Shown here: positions 52,440 through 64,000 of the stretch, piece by piece | How positions within the stretch are numbered: position 1 is the first letter of the stretch | Layout: the number at the start of each line of letters is the position of its first letter | Source: Octopus vulgaris | Taxonomy: Eukaryota | Direction of reading: 5' to 3' | Assembly (NCBI GenBank): GCA_951406725.2 | Contig: OX597825.1 | Span: 73,284,001-73,348,000 of the forward strand | DNA length: 64,000 bases | Notes under the pieces: generated by a model | What the model saw: only the letters and a program-made list of their open reading frames with translations | Database searches by the model: none | What the model was told of the DNA's origin: nothing | Position numbers and translations under genes: made by a program

Positions 52440-53340
52440 TTGTTTATTATGACTGAAGATTATTCCTGGGAAGAGCACATCCTTAACATTGCTAAGACTG
52501 CATCACAAAACCTGGCCCTTCTCTTTAGGACCAGAAAAACCTTCAGCTTTCAAAGGCTGTTGACATCCGACAAAGCTTGAGTGGGTCTCATGGTGGAGTA
52601 GTGCTCCTGCATCAAGGTTGGTGCAGCTGGTGCAGCTGCAATACTAACAGATAACAAGGGCTCCATCCAGAGCAGAGCCACTTGAGTAATTAGTTTTCAG
52701 TCGTTAGCTAGCATGCTCCAGCCTCTGGCCCACAGGCATGCTGTTTCCCTTATTTGGATTTTGAAAGACCAGCTGAAAAGCCAGTCCCCTAATTGGGGAT
52801 AGACTCCACCCACTGGGTGGGAGGGAATTACGACACAGAAGGAAGTGTGGCAAGACTACAGCTAAATAACTGCAAGCAAATTTGAGAAGGTTAGTGCAAC
52901 AACAGCAGATGAGAAATACTATAGCAGGAAAAAGTCATGATCATGCTCCCCACACATTTGACCAAATATTACATATTTGTCCCAAGTACACCAGACCCTG
53001 TCGTTCAAGGAATGGTTTAGATAGCCACCTGAAGGCTTGCCACTCTTCCTCAGGAGCTTCAGCCATGAAAAACTGCCATCACATCACATCACATCACATA
53101 ATGGCCTCTGTTCTGCAGAGATTTCTGGTCTTATACCACTACAATTCAGTCAGTCCAAACCACTCCACTTCCTTTTCTTCCTCTTGTCACCCTTGTTGCA
53201 TCCAAAACCCTTCGCTCTGCACTAAACTTTACACCCTTTCCTTTTTCCCTAGAACATGGGCCCTCTGGAATTTTTTCCTGCTTACATCTTTTCAGCGGAT
53301 GCTGATCTGCTACAGTCCAAATGACACATTAAAGCCACCA
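52440..53340 (+). mobile_element. Decayed CR1/Jockey-like RT C-terminal fragment interrupted by an RTE 3' end (about 52760-53100)
   Basis: WEEHILNIAKTASQNLALLFRTR...SFFPRTWALWN. The insert encodes CPKYTRPCRSRNGLDSHLKAC and ends in (CATCA)n. Confidence 0.7.
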
Positions 53341-53401
53341 AGTTCACTAGTCTCAGAAAGACATGCAAAAGTTATATGTATCACCACTCCTTCCTCTAAA
53401 C

Positions 53402-54041
53402 CAGTGATTCTCAGCCATTTCCTTTCCTATGTACCCCTTCCATTCCTATTTTACTCTACTGGGCCCTCATAGGCATTTAATATTTTAAAAAAAGACCCAA
53501 TATATTTTTATAATCAAATATTATTTGGAATTGTATTAATAAAATGGTCAAAATATTTTGGGTGTTGTTGAAATGTGACTGATTGATTTATCTTCTGTCT
53601 TCTGCTTGTTTCAGTCATCAGACTGGCTATGCTGGGACACCACCTTGAAGAATTTTTAGTTGAATGAATCAACCCCGGTACTTATATTTTGTTAAGCCTG
53701 GTATTTATTCTATTGATCTCTTTTACCAAACCTTTAAGTTACAGAGACATAAATACACCAACATCAATTGTCAAACACAAACACATACACGTATATATAT
53801 ATATATATATGACAAGCTTCTTTCAGTTTCCATCTACCAAATCCACTCCCAAGGCTTTGGTTGGCACAAGGCTCTTGCGGAAGACACTTGCAATGCATTG
53901 TTCCATGCAGTGGGACTGAACCTGGGACCAGGCAGTCGGGAAGCAAGCCTCTTACCACATAGCTATGTCTGTACATAATTTTTAGCAACTAACTCTTATA
54001 TGGGCTCCAAGGGTCAAGTGGGCCCCACTTGAGAGTCACTG
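53402..54041. mobile_element. hAT (Charlie-like) MITE with nested family A SINE (53600-53975, -)
   Basis: TIRs CAGTGATTCTCA / TGAGAGTCACTG. Flanks CTCTAAAC and (G)TTCTAGAC resemble an NTCTARAN target. Confidence 0.75.
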
Positions 54042-54082
54042 GTTCTAGACCCACAATAAGTAAGGAAAGAAAATGCAGATAA

Positions 54083-54254
54083 AGGCGTAGGAGTGGCTGT
54101 GTGGTAAGTAGCTTGCTTACAAACCACATTGTTCTGGGTTCAGTCCCACCTCGTGGCACCTTGGGCAAGTGTCTTCTACTATAGCCTCAGGTTGACCAAA
54201 GCCTTGTGAGTGGAATAGGTTGACAGAAACTGAAAGAAGCCCATCGTATTTATG

Positions 54255-54299
<45 letters not shown>

Positions 54300-54520
54300 A
54301 TGTATATGTTTGTGTGTCTGTGTTTGTCCCCCCAACATCGTTTGACAGCCAATGCTGGTGTGTTTACATCCCTCTAACGTAGCGGTTTGGCAAAAGAGAC
54401 CAATAGAATAAGTAGTAGTTTTACAAAGAATAAGTCCCGGTGTTGATTTGCTCAACTAAAGGCAGTGCTCCAGCATGGCCACAGTCAGATGACTGAAACA
54501 AGTAAAAGAGTAAAAGAATA
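54083..54520 (+). mobile_element. SINE family A, full length
   Basis: GGCGTAGGAGTGGCTGTGTGGTAAG head through the AGTAAAAG tail. Confidence 0.9.
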
Positions 54521-54872
54521 AATCAAGCTGACCTCGGGCTAAACAACAACAACAATATTAATAACAATATATAAACACATTAAAAACAATCAAGTATTCA
54601 TGTAAACCTATAAATATTTAAGATGGTACTAAATTATTCCATATGAAAACAAAACCAAATAATTTTGATTATAGATTGGCTTAAAAATCAATTAATTTGT
54701 ATTCTTTTTAACAAAATATAGTGTTGTTGCCAAGTGTGTTATAGTCATTAAAATCTTTGTTTTAAAATTTATTAAAAAAAAATGAAATTATAGCAAAGCC
54801 CAATTTATTCAGCATTTTTGGGGAAATTCTAAAGATTTTGTTGATATTTATCATTGCATAACATCTATATTA

Positions 54873-54911
<39 letters not shown>

Positions 54912-55006
54912 ACACACACAAAAGCATACATTGTATGCATACATATATACAAATATATATATGTATATTTATGTTTAATATATATATACACACATGATAT
55001 ATATAT

Positions 55007-55115
<109 letters not shown>

Positions 55116-55199
55116 TTATATATGCTTTTATATATATCACATTTATTATGTTTAATATATATGGTGTGTAAATAAATACATATACACAAATCTATATAC

Positions 55200-55257
<58 letters not shown>

Positions 55258-55886
55258 TTATATATATATATATAATAAATTCCAGTTATATATATGTTTA
55301 TGTATGATATCACCTTAGTTTATTACGCTTCCCATTAACCAGAATTCTTGGGAATATTGCTCGCTGCTGCATAGTTTTATGGTTGTATGCAACGATGTTA
55401 TCTTAATCTGATTTTAAAGTAATTAAAACATTTTAGTTAAATTATTGGTTTCTGTTGATAGAAAGTCAATTTAAGTTAGAAATTTAATTACATAAGATTG
55501 GTGGGTGGCATTTTTCGTTAAAGTCGAGATCGTAGCAGTGTTCATAATGATGGAGGTGCTAGTGGTGGTCGTGGTGGTATGGACCATAGTGGTGGTAGTG
55601 GTGATGATTGTAACATCATTGTAGGTGTGGTGGTGGTGGTGGCAGTGGTGGCAGTGATTGTAGTGGTGGTTGTGGCATTACAAATATATCACTCAATATG
55701 GTATATTACTGGTATTTAGTCTTGTCAGCTCTTAATGTCTGAAACAATGGCAATAACATGCTTGTCATCAGGTATCACATTTCTTGGAGATATCACATTC
55801 CACATTGTGGACAGGAAGATATCATCTTCATGTAATACATTAAAAAATAAGGTCTTCTAGTAGTATATCCAAAGATATCAAGACAG

Positions 55887-55978
55887 TTAACCCTTTCGCT
55901 ACCGTATTTATTTTGAGGTGCTTATTTGTACTACAGAGCCTGAGGCAGTTTCAGCTGGGTTGGTATCAAAACAGTTAA
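55887..55978. mobile_element. Internally deleted piggyBac-like MITE (about 90 bp)
   Basis: Both ends of the 61374 family joined, with TTAA on each side. Confidence 0.7.
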
Positions 55979-56094
55979 CATACATGTTATCAGCTTCAGG
56001 TAGTATATTTCAAAATATCAATTTCAAGTAGGATATCTAAAGATATTGATTTGATGTAGGATATGCAAAGATATCACATTCATAAAGTGTCTTT

Positions 56095-56435
56095 GTCTTT
56101 TATCCTTTCCTTGGTTCAGGCATTGGACCGTGGCCATGCTGTAGCACTGCTTTGAAGGGTTTTAGTCAAATGACTTAAACACAGTATTTTCTTTTAAAAC
56201 CTGGTATGCATTCTATTGGACGGTGTTGCTGAACTGTTACGTCATGGGGATGTAAACAAAACCAAGACTGGTTGTCAAGTGGTGATGTGGGACAAATACA
56301 ACACAAAGGCAAAGACACACACACACATGCACATATGATGGGCTTTCACATAGCTTTTGTCTACCAAATCCACTCAAATCCACTCACAAGGCTTTGGTTG
56401 GCCTGGGGCTGTAGTAGAAGACCCTTGCCCGAGGT
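56095..56435 (-). mobile_element. Diverged family A SINE
   Basis: Body and tail motifs on the minus strand. Confidence 0.75.
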
Positions 56436-56808
56436 GAAAAGCCACACCTATATATTTATAAAATTAACAATAAAATCTTTATATGATTTTATCAAGTAGC
56501 CAGTTTTATTACATAATAAAACCATATAGGTAATAATTAAAATACAAGTATATATAATTAAAATGATAAGGGCACTAATGCGTAGTGCCACATGCTAGAA
56601 ATAGATGCCACATACATACATCCACACAGTAGTTGGCATTAGGAAAGGCATCCAGCTGTAGAATCCATGTGAAAAGAGAATTTGTGCCTACTGTAGCTTT
56701 CTGGTTTGCCAGCTCCTGTCAAACCATTCAACCTATGCCGATATGAAAAGCAGACAGCAATTGATGATGATGATGAAGATGATGACGATGATAATGATGA
56801 TTATGATG

Positions 56809-56900
<92 letters not shown>

Positions 56901-56904
56901 ATTG

Positions 56905-56966
<62 letters not shown>

Positions 56967-57640
56967 GATAACTGAGTTTATTAGTTTTATCCTCCAACAT
57001 TTTCTTGAAACTTTGGATGTAATATTTCTTTTCTTTTTTCTTAAAATTGAATTTGCACTGACAGATGAACAATAAATTGAATTGGATTAAATTGAGTTTG
57101 AATTTGAAATTTGAAAAGATTGCTATTCAGCCAAACTGAATGTTGATATTGGGATACAACATATGATAAATTATATTAATATGTAGACACACACACACAA
57201 ACACATGGACACACGTACACACACAGATACACAAGCATGTATGTAAATATAAATATAAATATATATATGTTATATATAACATCAAATATATATATGTATG
57301 TGGGCAGGTGTGTATGTGTGTGTGTGCGTGAGACAAAAAATGCTTGTTTTCTTTTATTCTTCAGTGAAATAACTAACGAAGAAGAAAAGAAAAAAACAAA
57401 ACAAAAAAGGAATGAAAAAAATAAGCTAAAATATGATAAATGGATGCTCCTGTTTTGCATTTCCTTTTACTATAGCAGCAATTTTTGACCAACAAATGAT
57501 GATGATGATGATGATGATTAAAATAATAATAATAACAATAATAAATAATGATAATAATAATAACAACAACAATAAATAAAAAATATAATAGTGATAATAA
57601 CAATACTAAATAATAAGCATAACTGAAATAAAAATATATC

Positions 57641-57696
<56 letters not shown>

Positions 57697-57712
57697 TAAT
57701 AATAATAATAAT

Positions 57713-57803
57713 AGAGCATCACAACAAATCACAGCACATACCCAAGGCACACAGGGCTGTGCTCGGTAGTGAAGTGAAAGCACGCTATAAAAATAAAACT
57801 ATA

Positions 57804-57805
<2 letters not shown>
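57713..57805 (+). mobile_element. R4/Dong LINE 3' UTR fragment in (AAT)n
   Basis: Reverse complement of 12190-12280, flanked on both sides by (AAT)n. Confidence 0.85.
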
Positions 57806-57865
<60 letters not shown>

Positions 57866-57871
57866 GTAATG

Positions 57872-57906
<35 letters not shown>

Positions 57907-57924
57907 TATAATGATTTCAAATTT

Positions 57925-58128
57925 TGGCACAAGGCCAGCAATTTCGGGGGAGGGGATAAGTCGATTACATCAACCCCAGTGTTCAACTGGTACTTATTTT
58001 ATCGACCCTGAAAGGATGAAAGGCAAAGTTGACCTCAGCGAAATTTGAACTCTGAACGTAAAGACAGACAAAATGCCGCTAAGCACTTTGTCTGGCATGG
58101 TAAACGATTTTGTTAGATCACCGCCTTA
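57925..58128 (-). mobile_element. Family B (Meta) SINE, full length
   Basis: Same as the 20.6-22.3 kb copies. Confidence 0.85.
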
Positions 58129-59090
58129 GATAAGCAATAATAATAGCACATTGCAAAATATATTGTCAATAATAAATAAAGAAATAAATAAACCTTAAGA
58201 AAAAAAGAAGATAAATAGAAAAAAACAAAAAAAAACAAACAAACCCACTCAGCATAAATCAATTGCAAAATAGTAAAAACTTAGGCAAACATTTTGGTAA
58301 AAAAACCCAAAGAAATAAAGAATAATAAAAGAGCATTTAGATAAATTTGAAAAGAAAAGAGACAATGATATTGCTGCTAAATAATAAAAATAATAAAAAT
58401 AGGGAGAATTACACATGATATATGTATGCATATATGAAATATATTATTTAATAACAATTTGACTCAGCTCAATGAAACTTAAAGTTTTGTGGGCTTGTAG
58501 AACAAGCCTAACTCATCAGGCATGGGAGATGGAGTAACAGGAAATGAGACAAATTCAAGCTGGCCCTTAGATGTAAGGCTCCAATTGGTCGACTTACATC
58601 ACATGGTGTTATTGGTTTGTATGTGATGTCAGATCTTATCTTTTATCTCAGGTCCACGTGGTTGCACAAGGTGTCAGTATGTCACTATGTGAGGGTGTTT
58701 TTGTCACTATGTCACTGTCTGGAGGCTGCACCACTCCTGTGCACAAACTGTTGTTGCTATATCTTTTATCTATCACTTGCGTCAGTCATTAGTTTGCGGC
58801 CATCCTGGGGCAACACTTTGAATTTTTAGTCAGATGAATCAACCTCAGTGTTTATGTATTAAACCTGGTACTTATTCTATTGGTCTCTTTTGGCAAACTG
58901 CTAAGTTAGATATTTAAACATATTCATATCATCAATAGAGAGCAAATATTTACAATGATTTACAATGTTTATATAGCTAATCTGTCTTTTATGCTTGAGG
59001 TCTATGAGGTCATCTGATGAGAATGGTTTTCTTTATAATGATGTAATGCTTTCATTGATCAATTAAAGGAGTTACTCAAAACGGCCATAA

Positions 59091-59320
59091 TTTACATATA
59101 TATATATATATATATAAGAGCGATGACCTGTAAGTGGACATCTGCTATGGTCTTACCACTAAGAAAGGAATGTTCTCATGAAAATTTAGCAATCGCTTGC
59201 TTACATTCTGGCGTTTGCTAAATTTTCTCGAGAACATTCCTTTCTTAGTGGTAAGACCAAAACAGATCTTCTTCTAGCATAATGGATGTCCACTTATAGG
59301 TCATCCCTCTTATATGTAAA
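59091..59320. repeat. Fold-back palindrome of about 230 bp
   Basis: TGGTCTTACCACTAAGAAAGGAATGTTCTC pairs with GAGAACATTCCTTTCTTAGTGGTAAGACCA. The outer arms also pair. Confidence 0.9.
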
Positions 59321-59413
59321 ATAATTTTTTCTGAAAATTCAGATTTTTCAATATGCTAGACCACACTGATTTTAAATTGATATTAATCAAATTAATATTC
59401 AATTTTGCACCCT

Positions 59414-59467
<54 letters not shown>

Positions 59468-59628
59468 CAACAGGTTTCTTTCATTTTCTGTCTACCAAGT
59501 CCACTTGCAGGGCTTCAGTCAGCCTGACGTTATAGTAGAAGACACTTACCAAAGGTGTCATGCTATGGAACTGAACCCGGAACCATATGGTTACAAAGCA
59601 AGCTTCTTACCGCATAGCCACGCCTGTG
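59468..59628 (-). mobile_element. Family A SINE 5' part
   Basis: Reverse complement of the head. Confidence 0.75.
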
Positions 59629-60408
59629 TCTATAGTGTTAGTCTTCCACAATCCCACTTGATCTGCCATGTGTAGCAGCAAACACAATGAACTGATAGTA
59701 CTAAAACAATACTGCAGCTTCCAGCTATAGCACTGACAGCTGCTATCAACATCCTATCCAACCAAGTAAAACACAGATATGATCTGATGTCATTTCCAAA
59801 GCCAATAGCATCGTATGATGTGAGCTGATCAATAGAGGTAGTACACCTAGAAACCATCTTCAATTTGTCTCATTTTCTGTTATTTGATCTCCAAATGTCT
59901 GATGAGTTAGGTTCGTTCTATGAACCTATGGAAATTTAAGTTGCAGGGCAGAGAGTAAAACTGCTTTCAAATAATACATGTAAACCATACAAAAAGTACT
60001 AAGTGCCACTTTCTTTCACTTGTCCACTCACTCATGTATATAAGTATGTACACATACATATATGTGTGTGTGCACATGTATATATATATATTTATATATG
60101 CACACATGCATATGCACATACATACACATTGATATATATTATAATATGTATAGATTTATATACATGCATATATATATAATGTAAGTATAATTTATATATA
60201 GAAATTATACATATGTATATTATATGTATATTATATATGTATATTATATATATAGAAATTATACATATGTATATTATATATATAGAAATATACATATGTA
60301 TATTATATGTATGTATAATATATATATATATGAATATTATATTTATGTATAATATATATATAATTTATATATATATATATGTATATGATATTCATATATA
60401 CATGTATA

Positions 60409-60454
<46 letters not shown>

Positions 60455-60502
60455 GAATTACATATGCAATTATAATTAATATAAATATTTTATTTAAACT
60501 AA

Positions 60503-60568
<66 letters not shown>

Positions 60569-60926
60569 CTGATAATGTAATGAAACAGTTTCCAGTTTTA
60601 TCATTTTTTTTTTTTTTTGGTTTTATACAAAAGAGGAATCATGCAGAACAGAAGAGGCCAACAATAGCATATAACCATTTCTCTAGCTACCTTCTACAAC
60701 TAAGTTCAAACAGATTTCTTGCAATCATTCAATTTTTTTTTTTTGTTGGGTTGGGGGCAGTAAAGCAAGCAAATCAATACAGAAATTAAGACAAACAAAT
60801 TTAATTATCTCAATTAAGTAAAATAATAATAAAAAAAATTTATGACAAATTAATTAAAACAAGGAAAGCTATAAGCTGCCATATTCTTTGAAGTTAAGGC
60901 TGGCAAAAATAATAACAACAACAACA

Positions 60927-60964
<38 letters not shown>

Positions 60965-61373
60965 AATGATGTTCGAGGATCAATAATAATGATGATAATG
61001 ATGATGATGATGATGATGATGATGATAATAGTTTTTTTCTACTACAGGCACAAAGGGCCCAGAATTTTGTGTGAAGGAGCTAGTCAGTTTCACCGACCCC
61101 CAGTGCTTGACTGGTATTTATATTATTGATCCTGAAAGAATGAAAGGCAAAGTTGACTTTGCTGGAATTTGAACTTGGAACATAGAGTTGGAAGAAGTGA
61201 CTCTAAGGGATTTTGTTTGGCATGATAACAATTCTGTCAGCTCAAATAACAATAAAAACAAAAATATGATAATCATAAAATCTCTTTCTAGTTTGAACTC
61301 AGAATATAAAGAGCCGGAAGAAGTACTGTTTAAGTATTTTGTCCAACACAGGATTCTGCTTGCTCATATTGCC

Positions 61374-62290
61374 TTAACCCTTTCGTTACTGTATTTATTT
61401 TGAGATGCTCTGCGTTTTTTTCAATTAATTTTAAATATAACAAAGAATTTAGTAAAATAAATTAGTTATCGTTTAGGAACATAAATTGTGACTAAGGTTT
61501 GGTGGAAGATTTTAATTCAAAACTTATGAAAACAAGACATTTGCACAACAGAGCCAGAGCCAGTTTCAGCCGGGTTGGTAACGAATGGGTTAAACATTAC
61601 CTCCCTGCTCTAAACCAAATCAACATTTTGGCAATGAGCCAATGAGAAAGCCTGAACTCCAAAGCAAAATTTTGGTTACCTAGATGCAGCCGGGTTGGTA
61701 TCAAAAGGGTTAAATATAACAAAGAATTTAGCAAAATAAATTAGTTACCATTTAGGAACATAGATTGTGACTAAGGTCTGGTGGAAGATTTTAATTCAAA
61801 ACTTATGAAAACAAGACATTTGTACTAGAGCCAGAGCCGGTTTCAGCTGGGTTGGTACTGAAAGGGTTAATAAGAAGCATAAATCGTTTCTAATTGTGGC
61901 ATAAGGCTGGCAATTTTGAAGAGAGTGAGCAATTCAGTTACACCAAACAAGTACCTGACAGGTATTATATTGTAATTATACTGAAAAGATGGAAAGCAAA
62001 GCTCACCTTGGATTTGTAGTCAGAATGTAAAGAATGTATATGTCACTGAGCAGTTTGATGCATTAACCCTTTCGTTACCAACCCGGCTGAAACCGGCTCT
62101 GGCTCTCAGTACAAATGTCTTGGTTTCAAAAGTTCTGAATTAATATCTTCCACCAAACCTTAGTCACAATTTATGTTCTTAACACTAGCTGAATGATAAT
62201 GAAGTTAATTCACTAAATTCTTTGTTATATTTAAAGTAACTGAAAGAAACACAGAGCATCTCAAAATAAATACAGTAACGAAAGGGTTAA
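61374..62290. mobile_element. Cluster of piggyBac-like MITEs (61374-61593, a right end at 61685-61713, 61714-61870, 62063-62290)
   Basis: TTAACCCTTTCGTTAC / GTAACGAAAGGGTTAA termini. The last copy is in opposite orientation and splits a family B SINE. Confidence 0.88.
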
Positions 62291-62324
62291 TGATTCTGAC
62301 AGCTCACAATCTTTACTACTTATA

Positions 62325-62527
62325 GACTCAAGGCTTGAAATTTTGATGGGAAGGACTTATAGATTACATTGACCTTAGTGAGCTACTAGTACTTATTTTA
62401 TTGATTCTGAAAGGGTAAAAGACAAATGCCCTGCTTGGCAGAACTTGAATTCAGAATGTAAAGACAGATAAAATGCTGCTAAGCATTTTGTCTGGCATGC
62501 TAATGGTTCTGACAATTCACTGCCATT
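62325..62527 (-). mobile_element. Diverged family B SINE
   Basis: Degenerate Meta-domain and head motifs. Confidence 0.7.
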
Positions 62528-63471
62528 TTTTGCAACCTAAATAATAGTGAATGAAATAAGAAATAAAGAGAGCTTCTGACAATGCAGTACGTTTTAAAAA
62601 CCTTTATATTTCAGGTGCAAAGGCCTGTCTCATGAAGAATACAGTCAAAGAAATGTGCATTTACATAGATCCTGCCATTTTGGATAGTCTGCTACAAGCA
62701 TAAGTACCAAACTATCCAAAATAATAGGATCTGTTTAAATATACATTTCTTTGTATTTTTCTGAAGATGGGCCTTTGCACTCGAAATATAAAAATTATTT
62801 AAACTTTGTGTGTGTGTGTGTGTGTAAGTATATACATATGTGTAGAAGCATCAAAATTCAAACACATGCTTGCCTTCACTCTCTCTTTCATACTCAAATA
62901 CAGATGTGTTCACACACACACAGACACACACATACATAGACATGTGTGTGTTTGTCTGTGTTTATATGTATGTGTATATATGTGTATCTGTACACACATA
63001 CACACACGCATACACAGAGATATACATACACACATATATGGATACACACACACATACGCATCAAGGATGCACACTTCAATAGGCATGTATATACTGATGA
63101 TGTAATAACAACTTAGAAACTTCAAGAGAACGTGAAATAATTTTTGTTTGGAATAGTGGATCTTGTAGAAGACAGATAAAACTATAAATAACAGCAGTTT
63201 TCTGTCCCCAAAAGGATTTTTCATCTCAGTATCTACATGCTAATATTTCAAGTTTTATGTGTTTGAAGACCCACTATTCTAAAAAGAATTATGTACATGT
63301 ATATATAAATATATATTAAATGTGTGTGTGTGTGTGTGTGTATGTGTGTGTGTATGTGTGTGTGTATGTGTGTGTGTGTATGTATTTGTGTGCAGGTGTG
63401 TGTATACATATGTATTTATATAGTGTGTATTCACTATATGACCTTTTATGACCTTTATGCAGTATCTAAGG

Positions 63472-63545
63472 CAGTGTTTCTCAACCTTTTTACCCTTGTG
63501 TAACCCTTAAAATAAGTTACATGTCTCAAGGAACCCCTTCACAAA
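63472..63545 (+). mobile_element. hAT MITE left end
   Basis: ATCTAAGG|CAGTGTTTCTCAACCTTTT. Confidence 0.6.
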
Positions 63546-63734
63546 AAAAAAAAAGTTATATACCACATCTTTCTCATATTGTTTTCATTGTTATATTTTT
63601 TTGATAACATAATAGGTTAGATAGGATGATGTCTATATTACAATATTACAATAACCAATAACATGTTGTGCATGTATAGTAATATTACGATCCTGTGTAG
63701 CTAGAGTGTGTGTTGCCTGGGGCAGCCCTTGTTC

Positions 63735-64000
63735 TTCAGTTTGCTGTACCCAGGCCCCTGTCCAGAGGGTGCGCTGATTCGCAATGTCGTCCTCCACCTC
63801 CACTTCCCAGCTGGCACAAATGCACGGGCGGGCAGCTGAAGGCCTGGGCAACGACGATAAAGGAGGACCTCTCCAAACTCTCAGGTCTGCAGGTTGTCGT
63901 CTGCTCAGATGGAACCGCAAATGGCCCGCTATTTCCAGCGACCTCACACAGGACCATCAAGCGTGGGCTGCCATGGCTTGTGATGTCGTCAGGACCAGAG
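63735..64000 (+). mobile_element. RTE-clade LINE 3' fragment (SR2-like C-terminus)
   Basis: PLPSWHKCTGGQLKAWATTIKEDLSKLSG...RWNRKW...DLTQDHQAWAAMACDVV with a frameshift. GC-rich relative to its surroundings. Confidence 0.75.

Noticed and set aside
59630-59863. 77-aa ORF with a hydrophobic stretch
   Set aside because: It overlaps a dispersed repeat also present at 58.5 kb and has no recognisable domain.

Overview
AT-rich, microsatellite-saturated animal DNA. The repeat content resembles an octopus/coleoid cephalopod genome (inference). Most ORFs in the supplied track are translated microsatellites. The one host gene I can support lies on the minus strand and is missing from the track: the last two coding exons (42176-42277 and 28817-28987) of a small-conductance Ca2+-activated K+ channel (SK/KCNN). 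I found no upstream SK exons in the window. The rest is mobile-element debris: three SINE-like families, R4/Dong, CR1 and RTE LINE fragments, piggyBac and hAT MITEs, a Helitron-like insert and a Tc1/mariner remnant. The most striking layer is Penelope-like. A Naiad-type GIY-YIG fragment carries a 5' inverted pseudo-LTR with an intact-looking minimal hammerhead ribozyme and abuts an apparent 2.2-kb inversion with a 71-bp inverted duplication. Many non-coding fold-back elements elsewhere carry whole, half or variant hammerhead motifs.
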